A stretch of DNA of 64,000 nt from Candidatus Latescibacterota bacterium (GTDB lineage: Bacteria > Latescibacterota > UBA2968 > SICM01). The DNA is taken from NCBI GenBank assembly GCA_965217865.1, contig CBDCJO010000002.1:1920001-1984000 (forward strand). Reading direction: 5' to 3'. Positions 41,590-52,395 of this stretch are shown piece after piece. The notes beneath the pieces were generated by a model. It searched no databases. It was given only the letters and a program-made list of their open reading frames with translations, and was not told where the DNA came from. Positions within the stretch are counted from its first letter, which is position 1. Every line of letters begins with the position of its first letter. A program made the translations under genes and the position numbers.

Positions 41590-41832
41590 TCGTTAAGAAT
41601 CGATGCGAATAATTGGAGGAACGGCAAAGGATTTTTATCGATAGGATTCGGTTTTTCCCGAGTCACGAGTCACGAGTCACGATCCACGGACCCCGGGTTT
41701 TCCGATCCACGAACCACGATCCACGGCCTTTCCGATCCACGGACCCCGGCTTTTTCGGCCCCTGGCCCCTTCCTTTGCTTTTTCCTGCCACTGCCACCTG
41801 CTACTGCCTTTTGCCGTCTCACCTCTCACGTT

Positions 41833-42849
41833 TCACGTTTCACGTTTGGCAGTTTTCCCCCGACCTCTGGCCTCCGACCCCTGACTTTCCATTTTCCATT
41901 TTGCTATTTCTTCCCCGAGGGATGCCCTCCGGATCTCATCAAGCTCATCTGCGCTGAACATCCCCGCCTTGAAAAGGCTCAGGTATTCCTCGGACACGCT
42001 CTGCCCGAAAATCATCAGGTCATCCGAATTGATCGTGACCTGCACGCCGTGGTCGTAAAGCGTTCGAATCGGGTGATCGGAAAGGGTGGATACGCCGTCG
42101 AGCATAACGTTGCTCGTAGGGCAGACGTGTAACCTGACCCCGTTGTCGCGCAGCCATGTCATCACCTCGGCCGACTCCGAGGCACCGATCCCGTGTTGAA
42201 CCTCATCCAGTTCCAGGATTTCAATAGTACGCCTCACCTCTTCCGCGTCTCCGAACTCCCCCACGTGTGCCTTTAATTTCATCCCCGCTGAACGGGCTTC
42301 CGCAAACAGGGACTTCACGTCTTCAGGCTCGCACGCCTCCTGATGGCTGTACAAATCGATCGATTTGAACGATCCGGACCGGATGGCCTCGCGGGCGATG
42401 TCGAGGGCCTCGGGGTCCTTACCCTCCTCCCGCATAATCCCGAGTTCCGGACGTAGATTCACCCGATCCTGATACTCGGTCACCAGGGAGTCAACAAAGG
42501 CCGCCAAGCCCACGGCACGGTCCGGATAGAATTTAACCGCCCGGTTCCCGAAACTCATCTCAAGCAACTGAACACCGTCCTCGATTTCTGCCGATATCGA
42601 GGACCTCGCCGTGAACTCGAAGCCATCCCGACTGTTGATATGAGGGTACAGAATCTCAGATACGTACGCCATCATCCCGTGGAGCCCTTTCATCTTGGAA
42701 GGCGCCCTCGCCATGGGACACCCTGCCCACCCCTCTACCTGCTCAATTCGGGTTGAAAAAAAAGAGTGACAGTGCAGGTCGGCCTTCGGAGCATCCTTAA
42801 GGTCATCCAGGTTCTTTCGCGACAGGGCTTCGGCGAAGTCACTTCCCAT
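41833..42849 (-). CDS. adenosine deaminase family protein
   Basis: PKADLHCH, AHVGE, QHG, CPTSN, INSDD; start at MGSDF. Confidence 0.88.
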   Translation of the reverse strand: MGSDFAEALSRKNLDDLKDAPKADLHCHSFFSTRIEQVEGWAGCPMARAPSKMKGLHGMMAYVSEILYPHINSRDGFEFTARSSISAEIEDGVQLLEMSFGNRAVKFYPDRAVGLAAFVDSLVTEYQDRVNLRPELGIMREEGKDPEALDIAREAIRSGSFKSIDLYSHQEACEPEDVKSLFAEARSAGMKLKAHVGEFGDAEEVRRTIEILELDEVQHGIGASESAEVMTWLRDNGVRLHVCPTSNVMLDGVSTLSDHPIRTLYDHGVQVTINSDDLMIFGQSVSEEYLSLFKAGMFSADELDEIRRASLGEEIAKWKMESQGSEARGRGKTAKRET

Positions 42850-42959
42850 AAGGTTCGGCTTCCTTCTGTGATAGTTAGTCAGCCACGGGACACCGTTTAC
42901 ACGTTCGGAATCACCTTTAAAAGGCCGTGTCGGGAGAAGAGGAGTTCGAATGAATGTCC

Positions 42960-43484
42960 TTAAAATTCTACAGCCGGAAGAGAGATCGTGTCTCCGATCG
43001 CAGGGGGAGTGAAAGAGTTGAAACCCCCGCCACTCCTGGCCTCGAACCACCTCAGGGACGGATCTTCGAGCGGAACTGCAAATGTGAAAGACACCTCCAA
43101 CGGGCGGCCTCCGGAGGTTACATCCATGATGGTGATCGACATTCCGGAAAGATCAATCCTTTCTCCTTGCACAAAGGGATAGCTCGTATCCCTGAATACC
43201 CCGTCCAAAAGTGTCGCGAGATATTCCGCCCGGATGGACAGGGTGTGCGCGTCCGTACGGGTGATCCGGACGGCCGCCGCTCCCCCGTCGAGGAAGTCGA
43301 AGAGATTAAATGGCGAAACAGTCTTGCCCATGGGGTCCTCGTGACCCAACAGGATGAGGCGGTGGTTGAGATCGTCCTGCTGCCAGCCGGTGTTGAGAGA
43401 CGGCAGACAAAGCGCGAGGGACAGAACCACGAGCACAACCGGCAGGAGCCGGCGGGTCAGCAGAACTTCGAGTCGTTCACGCAT
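42960..43484 (-). pseudogene. probable internally deleted membrane protein gene
   Basis: GT-C-like N-terminus (TM then QDD...LFDF) joined abruptly to a soluble C-terminal domain (GRPLEVSFTFAVPLEDPSLRW...PPAIG) with no multi-TM core. Confidence 0.5.
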
Positions 43485-43561
43485 AGTGTGTTTCCTGGTC
43501 GGTCACCTGCTTCACACAAATCCCCTTTACCCTACACTCAATTTCCAATTTTTTATCACCT

Positions 43562-43841
43562 TCAAAACCCGATGCGGCTTAGACCCTTCGAAGTCATCAC
43601 GAACGTGCCGGTCACGAGGATCAGAAGGGCCCAGGAAGCCACGAGCCTGGCCACGTCCATACGGACACCAAGACCTCCCATAACGGCCGGTGGGGCGCAG
43701 AGAAATCCGATGTTTGAGATGGACACCGTCGCTTCCTGGCCTCCGTGTGTAGAGAGAACGTGCACCCACGGTGGGAACAGCGTCACGAACGCAATCAGCG
43801 CAATGCCGATCCACAGAAAACCCTTTTGTCTCGTATTCATA
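43562..43841 (-). CDS. small hypothetical membrane protein
   Basis: GGAGG RBS, MNTRQK start, LFPPW motif, two hydrophobic segments. Confidence 0.65.
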
Positions 43842-43920
43842 CTGCTGCCTCCTTCAATGGAAGGACCTTTATCCCCTATTTGCCGAGAAAAAGGCGCCAC
43901 CCGCTTTGCGCCCGGTTACT

Positions 43921-44736
43921 CTATGTAAAATCCTTAGTCGCTTTCAGACTGAACGACAAAGGCGTCCGGTACTCGGGCAGGTACCACCAGCCCTCTTCGT
44001 CCTTGACCATGTTCGGGAAGCCCTTGTAGAAAAGTCGGTCGAATTCGTGAACGAAGTCGATTCGCAGACCGGCAGCGATGAGTGCATTAATCACATCGCC
44101 CATTCCCCAGGTCCATTCGAAGGTGGGTGTTTCGCTCTGATAAGAGCTAGCATAATCGGAGCCACCTTCCCACCTCGCCGGACACCCTTCTCCAAAGTAC
44201 GAATACCTCACTTCCAAAGGACCCGATTTATCGTTATCGAAAATCATTGAAAACGGGTGGCCGTCCATGATATAGAAGAAACCCCCGGGTTTGACAAAGC
44301 CTGAAACGATCTCCGACCACCGTGTGAGATCCCTGAGCCAGCACAAAACCCCCTGCGAAGTATAGACGATGTCGAACGAACCATTCAACAGTTCGGGAAG
44401 ATCATAGACGTTGCTCTGGATAAAACCGGCGTTCAGGCCAAGCTCCGCTCGTAATGTTTCTGCCACCTTGATCGATTCCCCCGAAAAATCGATGCCCGTT
44501 ACCTGGGCGCCTAACCGCGCCCACGACAACGTATCGTGACCGATGTGGCACTGAAGGTGAAGCATCGACTTACCCCGGACGTCTCCCACCTCCTTTACCT
44601 GGATCTCGTCCAGACTGATCCCCCCATCGCGCAAACCCTTGAGATCGTAGGCCCGGTAGTGAACGTGCGCAAGTTCATCCCAGTATTTCTGGTTGAATTT
44701 CTCAGCCTCTAATCCATCCATATCCTGACAGTTCAT
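43921..44736 (-). CDS. class I SAM-dependent methyltransferase
   Basis: LHLQCHIGHDTLSWAR, GIDFS, FDIVYTS. Confidence 0.9.
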   Translation of the reverse strand: MNCQDMDGLEAEKFNQKYWDELAHVHYRAYDLKGLRDGGISLDEIQVKEVGDVRGKSMLHLQCHIGHDTLSWARLGAQVTGIDFSGESIKVAETLRAELGLNAGFIQSNVYDLPELLNGSFDIVYTSQGVLCWLRDLTRWSEIVSGFVKPGGFFYIMDGHPFSMIFDNDKSGPLEVRYSYFGEGCPARWEGGSDYASSYQSETPTFEWTWGMGDVINALIAAGLRIDFVHEFDRLFYKGFPNMVKDEEGWWYLPEYRTPLSFSLKATKDFT

Positions 44737-44784
44737 TCTAGAAAATGACGCTCTATGTATATGTTCGTGGGATTCTGAAGTCGA

Positions 44785-45726
44785 TCACGCCTTCAACCAC
44801 TTATCGATCTCGGCCTGATATCCTTCGCGGCAGGTGGGATAATCGGGGTGCCAATTCAGCAGGTTCTTAATTTTGTCATTCTTACATTGAACGGAGGACA
44901 GAAGCGTATTCACCGTATGCGACCCGAGAAACAACTTTGCTAAAAACGACGGAATCCTCCCCGGCTTTTTTGCCCCGAGCCGTTCGGAAACATAGTCCGC
45001 AAGCGCTCGATAGGTCACGGGTTCATCATCACAGACATTAAAGATGTGACCTGTGCTGGTGTGACAATCTTCGACGGCCTTAATCACCGCATTCGCCGCG
45101 TCGTCCACCTGAATCACGTTCCAGTATCCACTGCCATTGCCGATCACCGGGAAGCGGCCATTTTGCAACATCTCAAACATGGTCTGAGTTTGGACTGAAT
45201 CATAACAATAGAATGCGCCGAATCTCAAAATAACGGCAGGCAATTGATGTTGTTTTATGGCATCCTCCACGATATGCTCCATGTCAACAGCGGATTGAAG
45301 GATACTTATTTGACGACTCGGGATAGAAGCCGTCTCATCGACCCAGGCGCTGTTTCGATCCCCGTAGATGAACGTGATACTTTGTTGAACATAGAGCTTG
45401 CAGTTGTGATGCAACGCTGCTTCGACAAGATTCTTTGTCCCATCACGACGAATGCGATCGTTAACCGACCAGTCCTTCACCGTCGTTCTCGTCTTGTTCG
45501 GGATCGAAGTTGCGAGGTGTAAGAAAACATCGCAGCCAGAGGAAAGATCAATCAGTTGATCCGGATTGAACAGGTCTCCCTCGCGAGGCTCTGCTTCGTT
45601 CTGTTTTAACCAGTCAGAATTCTTTTTGGAGCGGCTCAGTCCGATAACCTGATGGCCTCCCGCAACCAGCCTTTTCACCACGCGTCGCCCTAAAACCCCT
45701 GTGGCACCCGCAATAAAAACGCTCAT
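44785..45726 (-). CDS. NAD-dependent epimerase/dehydratase family protein
   Basis: AGATGVLG, HLAT, VDDAA. Confidence 0.9.
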   Translation of the reverse strand: MSVFIAGATGVLGRRVVKRLVAGGHQVIGLSRSKKNSDWLKQNEAEPREGDLFNPDQLIDLSSGCDVFLHLATSIPNKTRTTVKDWSVNDRIRRDGTKNLVEAALHHNCKLYVQQSITFIYGDRNSAWVDETASIPSRQISILQSAVDMEHIVEDAIKQHQLPAVILRFGAFYCYDSVQTQTMFEMLQNGRFPVIGNGSGYWNVIQVDDAANAVIKAVEDCHTSTGHIFNVCDDEPVTYRALADYVSERLGAKKPGRIPSFLAKLFLGSHTVNTLLSSVQCKNDKIKNLLNWHPDYPTCREGYQAEIDKWLKA

Positions 45727-46556
45727 TCGTCTACTTTAAATTCTGGAGGCAAGTTAATTCCGATCCGTCCAAGGATCCCTTTGACTGTAACCTCGAGCTG
45801 ACTCCCCTCTGAATAATCCGCAGGCGCTACGAAGTGGACCCTGTCCTCGGAAATCAACCGATAGATCTTTTCCGTCGGCTTTTTGCCGGGATCGAACACC
45901 GCAATCGAGTGACCGCCCTGGTGGCGCACCATCTTCATCGACGGAATGTCCGTTTCCCCGTCCCCGATGAAAATGATCCGTTCGAACGGAACCGGCCTCT
46001 CCTTCATCGGAATCCATCGGTTGATACGCTCATTGTCCCAGTAGTTATCGATACCCTTGTTGATCCGGAATAGAAACTGCGTTTTGGTCGTGTAGTTGAT
46101 CGCGACGCCCGGCCAGACCGCTTCGCCATTCTTGTCGTAGATATACTTCGAAGCGAAAACCTTGTCGAAGTGTTCGAAAAGCGGACAACCGCAAATCATT
46201 TCGAAAATACCCGACGAAATCACGAAGTGTTTCGTGTCGAGGTTATTGGCGGCCCCAAACCCGTCGATCCGATCGAACCAGGTCGAGAGACCGTCAAACA
46301 GAGGCACTTCCCTTCCGTGTTTGCGCAGCGCCTCGCGGGTGATCGGAGTCGACTTCTCCTTCGCCAATTCGAGCATCTTCCACATGTAGGTCAGAATATC
46401 GTCGGCATCGTGATGCTTCGCCTCCTCGTTAACCTCCCGCCAGAATCGTTCTGGTTCAGTGCCAAGGGACGGAATCAGACTGTGCTCCTGGATATTCCCG
46501 CGGGCAAGCGTACCGTCAAAGTCGTAGATAATCGCTGCGGTGGCTGAGCGCTTCAT
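45723..46556 (-). CDS. HAD-family hydrolase
   Basis: YDFDGTL, ISSG, TKTQFLFRINKG, IGDGETDIP. Confidence 0.9.
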   Translation of the reverse strand: MKRSATAAIIYDFDGTLARGNIQEHSLIPSLGTEPERFWREVNEEAKHHDADDILTYMWKMLELAKEKSTPITREALRKHGREVPLFDGLSTWFDRIDGFGAANNLDTKHFVISSGIFEMICGCPLFEHFDKVFASKYIYDKNGEAVWPGVAINYTTKTQFLFRINKGIDNYWDNERINRWIPMKERPVPFERIIFIGDGETDIPSMKMVRHQGGHSIAVFDPGKKPTEKIYRLISEDRVHFVAPADYSEGSQLEVTVKGILGRIGINLPPEFKVDE

Positions 46557-46629
46557 GGATGCGGCCCTCGGTTTGATTTTTATTCGTCAGGAAAAAGTCG
46601 GTTTCCAACGCCGATCGTTTTTATCTCGA

Positions 46630-46722
46630 TCCGGAAAGCGCTATGACATTTTGGAACGCCGTCGTGCTCCCTCACCCCGCCTCGCGTAGCTCGGCACCCC
46701 TCTCCCGGGTGTCGGGAGAGGG
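46630..46722. repeat. REP-like dispersed repeat, inverted copy of 38853-38945
   Basis: GCTCCCTCACCCCGCCTCGC..AGCTCGGCACCCCTCTCCCGGGTG.CGGGAGAGGG and adjacent GCGCTATGACATTTTGG match the reverse complement; partial copies near 352-380 and 24928-24953. Confidence 0.85.
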
Positions 46723-46816
46723 GGAGGTTCGGTTGAATGTCATAACGCCTATCCGGGCTTCTCTACGCTCAGCCGCAACACAAAATTATGTGCGCATTTT
46801 GCGTAAAGGCATCGCC

Positions 46817-48046
46817 TTAGCCCACGGGCTTCAGCTCCAGGGACTGGGCGTATCGGGCAAGGGCGCTCCTCGCCGCTTCTCCATCCCGGGCATCGGCGAG
46901 ATGTGCATTGCCCGTTCCCTCGAACCGGCAAGAAAGGACCCGCAAAACGCCCGCCTTCCGCTCCGCCTTCAGGTCGAAGCGCGCCACGAGCCGCTCGCCT
47001 GCGAGCACAGGCAGGCAGTAGTATCCGTAGATGCGTTTCGGGGACGGCTTGAAGATCTCCAGAACCTGGTCGAAGCCGAAAAGGCGTCTGACGCGGGATC
47101 GGTCCCAAAGCAGGGGATCGAACGGAGACAACAGCACACCTCGATCGGATCTCGGCCGCACGGACCTCAGGCGGGCGACAAGTTCTCGATCCTCCTGCCG
47201 AATCCACCCCCGCGTGGGACGCCCATCCGGATTCTCGAGGGCACAGGGAGCGATAATGCCTTTCCGGTTTAGCCGATCCAGGGAATCAGCGATCTCCTTC
47301 CTTCGATTGGTCAGCCGCCACGTCGAGGCGATCGTTCCGGAGGTCGCCCACCCGTGGCCGTCGAGCGCCTTGACCAGCAGGGCCTCCATGGCTTCCCGCT
47401 TCGGAAGCGGCCGGCACCTCACCTCCTCGGGGATAACGCGCTTTGCGAGGTCGTAACTCCGCTGGAAGTTTCTTCGCTCGCGGATCGCGAGCTCCCCGGC
47501 GGACCAGAGCGCACGGGCCACCCGCTTCGCGATCTTCAGGTCCCACCACCCACGGCTCCCCCGTCCTTCCATGTCCACAGAACGAATGGGCCCCGCCTCG
47601 CGAATGCGCCGACGGAGGTTTCGCGTCACATCGGGATGCCTCTCCACGAGAGTGCTCCACCGAGGGTGGCTGCGGTATTCGCGCCGACGGAACTCGAACA
47701 CAGGATAGAGCTCGAGCGGAATCCAGCTCGCCTCGTGGCCCCAGTACTCGAAAAGCGGCGCGCCCGGGTGGAGGAGCTTCTCGCCAGCCGCGGGATTAAA
47801 TCCGTCAAGCCTCGACAGAAGGACGATCGTGTGGCTCCGTGCCCCTGCGATCGACACCGTGTCGAGCTGGAGATATCCGAAACGCCGGATGACGGAAACC
47901 GCAGCCTCCTTCCACCGCTTCCCCCGACCATTCACCGGAAACCCGGTCCACGCGGGCTTCAGGAGACCCGCCCGAGCAAGGGCAAGCCTGCGAGCTTCGG
48001 AAACCGTCAACGTCTCCATAATATCATCAATGTCTCGTGCGAACAC
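46817..48046 (-). CDS. ycaQ: YcaQ-family winged-helix DNA crosslink-repair glycosylase
   Basis: LQLDTVS, FEYWGHEAS, LLSPFDPLLWDR, RIYGYYCLP. Confidence 0.88.
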   Translation of the reverse strand: MFARDIDDIMETLTVSEARRLALARAGLLKPAWTGFPVNGRGKRWKEAAVSVIRRFGYLQLDTVSIAGARSHTIVLLSRLDGFNPAAGEKLLHPGAPLFEYWGHEASWIPLELYPVFEFRRREYRSHPRWSTLVERHPDVTRNLRRRIREAGPIRSVDMEGRGSRGWWDLKIAKRVARALWSAGELAIRERRNFQRSYDLAKRVIPEEVRCRPLPKREAMEALLVKALDGHGWATSGTIASTWRLTNRRKEIADSLDRLNRKGIIAPCALENPDGRPTRGWIRQEDRELVARLRSVRPRSDRGVLLSPFDPLLWDRSRVRRLFGFDQVLEIFKPSPKRIYGYYCLPVLAGERLVARFDLKAERKAGVLRVLSCRFEGTGNAHLADARDGEAARSALARYAQSLELKPVG

Positions 48047-48141
48047 TGCATCGCATGCTCTGGCCCAAGTCGACGCTGATCAGCATCATTTTTGATCAGG
48101 AAATTCGTTATCGCCTCTCCCGACTTTCCGACCCTAGCAAT

Positions 48142-48989
48142 TCAACCCAGTTCCCATCGGCTGGGATCGATCCCCGGCGCCTCGTCCCGCATGTCCGAAG
48201 GGACGTTCGTACCTTCGTATTTCCAGATGCGTGCATTCCGGTCCTTCATCACGGCGCGCACCTGAGGCGAAACCTTTGCGAGCTTCTCGGGATCCCACTG
48301 CTTGACATCGCGAAGGGGCCGGCCCACGACGGCCGGTACGCGATGCCGAGCAATTCCCGGGGTTGATCGCCCCGGTTGGGATAGTTGCCGTGGAACACAT
48401 TCTGGTTGATCAGCGCGGCGGAACCGGCTTTGCACGTGACCATGACCTGTTCGGGATGTCCCGTGTAACGCAGGTACGGGTTGGCGTCGTTATGAAAGCT
48501 CAGATGAGACCGCGGGACCACTCGAAACGGTGCGGCCTCCGGGGTGAGATCCTGAAGATAATAAAGCACGCGCACCAGTTTCGGACAGCTCTGTTCTGGG
48601 CCGAAAATCCTGGATCCCCAGGGTTGACCGTCGCAATGCAGGTTTATGGCGGGGCAGCCGGGTTCGGAACGCGAGTAATCGTAAGTCATCATGATGACAT
48701 CGTCGCCGAAGAGCTGCTTCAGAAAATCGATCGTCGGCTTGTGTCCGATCAGCTCCGTGATGGCCCCACCCGCCCACTCGATATCATTGTGAGTCTGCTT
48801 CCTGTCCGTGTAATCCGCTCCCCGGGTCTCGATCTCCGACAGTTCTTTATTCAACTGCGCAACGTGCTCGGGGCTAAGCATATCGGGAAGCACGACATAG
48901 CCTTCGACCTCCAGGTGCCTGATCCGCTCTCCGAGCGTAAGGCTTGCCCAATCTGTTTCGATGATTATGTCTTTTGCTGCAGCGGCCAT
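48142..48989 (-). pseudogene. phytanoyl-CoA dioxygenase family protein, frameshifted near 3' end
   Basis: EGYVVL, LHCDG, VVPRSH, FHG; the plausible C-terminus (DVKQWDPEKL...GIDPSRWELG) is in another frame, and one extra C in the C-run at ~48315 restores it. Confidence 0.75.
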
Positions 48990-49099
48990 TGTTTCGATCC
49001 CTTCAAGATATTCCCCTTTTCGTGATCATGGAGTCTTTCTGCTTCACAGAGGCTGGGTTTCTAAAGGTCCTATCAAACCATCACATCAAACTCATCCCC

Positions 49100-49570
49100 T
49101 TATATTCTACAGCGCATTCGTCCCTGCTTTTCCATATACTGCTGGTGATAATCTTCCGCCGGGTAGAACTCCGGTGCGGGCGTAATCTCCGTCACGATCG
49201 GATCGCGGTAATGGCCGCTGTTCTGAAGCTTCTCCTTCGATGTCGCGGCAGCTGATTCCTGTTCCGAATCGTGATAAAATATTGCGGACCTGTACTGCGA
49301 GCCGAAGTCCGGCCCTTGCCGGTTCAGCGTCGTCGGGTCGTGAGTTTTCCAAAACAGATTGAGAAGCTCATCGTATGAAACCCTGGACGGATCGTATTCT
49401 ACCTCCACTGCTTCTGCGTGACCGGTTTTTCCCGAGCACACATCTTTGTAGGTCGGGTTTTCTAAAGACCCTCCGATGTACCCGACCGACGTGGCCAGAA
49501 CCCCCTCAACCTGACGAAACGCCGCTTCAACGCCCCAGAAGCACCCTGCACCGAAAGTCGCCTTTTTCAT
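49100..49570 (-). CDS. msrA: peptide-methionine (S)-S-oxide reductase
   Basis: [25 protein letters not shown]. Confidence 0.97.
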   Translation of the reverse strand: MKKATFGAGCFWGVEAAFRQVEGVLATSVGYIGGSLENPTYKDVCSGKTGHAEAVEVEYDPSRVSYDELLNLFWKTHDPTTLNRQGPDFGSQYRSAIFYHDSEQESAAATSKEKLQNSGHYRDPIVTEITPAPEFYPAEDYHQQYMEKQGRMRCRI

Positions 49571-49607
49571 AGGTATTTACCTCCATGAGATACGTTTCCC
49601 TTTCTTT

Positions 49608-50351
49608 TTATCCTTTCCCAACAATCAATTCTCCCAGGTCATCCGGCGAATGGGCGATAGCACACTCCCCGGCCGTGCGAATGTTTTCCTCCGAGCGAAA
49701 TCCCCAAGTCACACCTACAGGAGACATATGAGCTGCGAGGGCCGTCTGAATATCCATTGGACTGTCTCCGACCAGCGCCGTCTCGGACGCCGGGATAGAA
49801 AGCTTTTTCGATATGAGCAGGGCCGACGTCGGATCCGGTTTAAGGGGCATTCCGTCGCCGTGACCCAGTACGACACGAAACGGATGGGACGGAAAGTATG
49901 ATGCGATGCACTTAACCGTGTGGTCGTGTGGTTTATTCGACAAGACTGCGGTCAGGATTCCTTTCTCTTGAAGCAAATCGAGCAGGCCGGAAATACCGGG
50001 GTAGGGCCGGGTTTTATTGCAGTTGTTCTCAAGATAGACATCCTCGAATTCCCGGATCAGCTTATCCATAAATTCATCCGAACAGCGCGCTTCCGGGAGG
50101 GTCGCCTTCAACAGATTTCGAATACCGTTTCCCACCACCCCCCGATAGTAATCTACGGAAAATTCCGGAAGCTCATTTTGAAGGAATACGGCATTGGATG
50201 AATCCGCAATGTCTTCTATCGTGTCCAGGAGTGTGCCATCGAGATCGAAGATCACGGCCTTAATAACCGTCGATCGTGGTTCGTGATTCGTGATCCGGAG
50301 ATTCTCAGACCCCGTCGCGTCTCTGGTATGCCTAGATTTTGTACTTTCCAT
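49608..50351 (-). CDS. HAD phosphatase (phosphoglycolate phosphatase-like)
   Basis: IFDLDGTLLDT, LSNK, KPDP, VGDS; start uncertain because the upstream part runs through heptamer repeats. Confidence 0.85.
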   Translation of the reverse strand: MESTKSRHTRDATGSENLRITNHEPRSTVIKAVIFDLDGTLLDTIEDIADSSNAVFLQNELPEFSVDYYRGVVGNGIRNLLKATLPEARCSDEFMDKLIREFEDVYLENNCNKTRPYPGISGLLDLLQEKGILTAVLSNKPHDHTVKCIASYFPSHPFRVVLGHGDGMPLKPDPTSALLISKKLSIPASETALVGDSPMDIQTALAAHMSPVGVTWGFRSEENIRTAGECAIAHSPDDLGELIVGKG

Positions 50352-50425
50352 TTTGCACTTTTCACCTTGCAATTTCATTTTGGGACCCCTCCCCCGGCCC
50401 CTCCCGAAACGGGGAGGGGAGATCA

Positions 50426-51946
50426 TGAAGAACTACCTTTCAACGCACATAAACGGAAAAGACGCCTGGAGTGCGGGTCAGATAAATCAAGGTAAGGAGA
50501 TTGAGCAGGAGACGCTGATAAGAGGTTAAAAAGGTGACCGAGGGCAGCAAACGTGATTGTAGGACGAGCAGTAGACGCTGCAAGGCCTTGGCCAGGTCCT
50601 GGAGGGCCTTCGGAGTACCTACGCCCATCACTTTGCGCATGAGCAGAGCCAGGTTGCAGCCCCCGATGTGGATCAGCAAACGCTTGAGGATATTGCCGCG
50701 GTCTCTCAAGTGCAACCTGCGCATGCCACCGGTATCATATGTGTGAGCGATGGTTCTTTCCACCCGTTCTGCACGACTTCGGCGCAAGGCCTTGCCGCGA
50801 TCTCCCTTGATCCGGCGTCGATTCGCATATACCGCGGCCTGCTCATCTCGTCGGCCGTTCCACTTGCGGCGTCCCCGATCCGGTTCTGAAATGTAACTCC
50901 GGATGCCGCCTTGCTTCAGACTGGTCAATACATCGTTGCTATGATATCCTTTGTCCGCAACCACCTCCCGTATACGCTGTCTGTGCAAACGCTTAGCAGC
51001 TTTTTCGTCCTTCGCGACCTGCTTGAGATTGAGCTGCGCCTCGAGCAGCGTCCAGGACAACGACTCGGTATCTCCTTCATCTGCTCCCGACAACGCCACT
51101 GCCACAATGGCATTGGTGTCCAGATCCACCGCGTGCTCCACCTTGTGCGCCATGTGCGTGCGACCGTCCTTCATCTTAGCGATCTTGGCATCCGGGTCGT
51201 GCGGGTGCTCCCAGTCCTGGTTCGATCCCTTCTTCGGTCGCTTCTTATCGATCTTGGACAAGTCCTCGCGGGTAGGCGTTTCAATGCCCGAGGCCTTGGC
51301 CAGATTCTCAAGGAATGCCTGGTAGCCTTCACCCGTGTCACGGCGTACAATGCTGCGCATCGCGGCGTTGGCCTCCAGTGTCGTAGCATCCACGCCCAAC
51401 GTCTTCCCCTTCACCAGACCCGCTTTGCACAAGACCCTCAGGATCCACTTGAAAACCGCTTCGTGAACTTCCAAGGGAAGCCGATGCCGGATGCGAGACA
51501 GGCTGGAATGATCCGGGGTCTGTTCGTCAAGGGCATACCCCAAAAACCGGCGCAACGTCAGCGAGTCAGATACACGCCATTCGATCCCACGTTCCGAATC
51601 AAGTCCCTCGAAATACCCAATCAAAAGCATCCGAAAATAAACCCCGGGCGGAATGCCCTTGCGACCCATATGAGGAGCGTAATACCGCTGGCAAAGCCCT
51701 TCGACGAACTCGTCGAACCCGTTCGCCTCCAATACCTGATTCAGCTTCTCGTAGAACGGATGACCCAGAGATTTCACCAAAGTGTTCGATGCGATGAACA
51801 CGTTTTCCTGTCTCTGTCGGCCTCGTTTTCCCATTGCCATTTGCTCGTCCTCCCTTCTCAGTTTGAACCTGATATATCATAGGACCAAACCACAAGGAAA
51901 GACAACAGTCATCTTGGCATAAACGCACTTTTTCAACAGGCTGCTA
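50426..51946 (-). mobile_element. IS1182-like insertion sequence, copy 1 (one terminal IR truncated)
   Basis: Near identical to 56320-57851; ends TTTTTCAACAGGCTGCTA at right but lacks TAACAGCCCGT at left. Confidence 0.88.
50440..51840 (-). CDS. DDE transposase (DUF772 + DDE, IS1182/IS5-like)
   Basis: GR..IPP, SERGI, PDHSSLSRIR, VDAT, DPDA, ADKGY, VER. Confidence 0.92.
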   Translation of the reverse strand: MAMGKRGRQRQENVFIASNTLVKSLGHPFYEKLNQVLEANGFDEFVEGLCQRYYAPHMGRKGIPPGVYFRMLLIGYFEGLDSERGIEWRVSDSLTLRRFLGYALDEQTPDHSSLSRIRHRLPLEVHEAVFKWILRVLCKAGLVKGKTLGVDATTLEANAAMRSIVRRDTGEGYQAFLENLAKASGIETPTREDLSKIDKKRPKKGSNQDWEHPHDPDAKIAKMKDGRTHMAHKVEHAVDLDTNAIVAVALSGADEGDTESLSWTLLEAQLNLKQVAKDEKAAKRLHRQRIREVVADKGYHSNDVLTSLKQGGIRSYISEPDRGRRKWNGRRDEQAAVYANRRRIKGDRGKALRRSRAERVERTIAHTYDTGGMRRLHLRDRGNILKRLLIHIGGCNLALLMRKVMGVGTPKALQDLAKALQRLLLVLQSRLLPSVTFLTSYQRLLLNLLTLIYLTRTPGVFSVYVR

Positions 51947-52395
51947 AGAAGGGTTACAAAAGGTCCGACTACAGGGATGAGCGTTGTGCCTGCGAACTCG
52001 TCGTCCATTACAAGAGAACCGACAAGTGTCGCTGACATCATTGATACGGGACCCCATTTAGCAATCTGTCTGTGAACTGTGTTTGCATTGGAGGGGTGAA
52101 CGCCTACGGGCGCTTTTCCAATCCTTTCCACGTCATCCATTTCATAGACGAATACGCTTCCGTCACTGGTGCGAATCTTGACCGTCGAGCCCGGGTACCA
52201 ATCAACAACTGTACCTCGTATGACACTTCCATTCTTTAGGTACACCACATCTGCGTCCGACAACTGAGCCGAAAGATCGAGAGTTTTATTGTCGCTCTCC
52301 AGCGCAGTTTTGGAACTCGTCGGATTCGCTATCAAGAGTACAAGAACAGCAGAGCACAGCAGTCGTAGCAAGCTTGCAGCAGCTCGTTTCATCAC
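51947..52395 (-). pseudogene. exported hypothetical protein truncated by IS
   Basis: Signal peptide, DVVYLKNGSVIRG motif, IPVVGPF, then reads into the IS end. Confidence 0.75.

Noticed and set aside
41283-41666. 127-aa ORF with RITNHES repeats
   Set aside because: Translation of the heptamer microsatellite on the opposite strand; no RBS or domain.
45723-46556. HAD hydrolase as part of a defence system
   Set aside because: No recognisable defence partner gene is adjacent.
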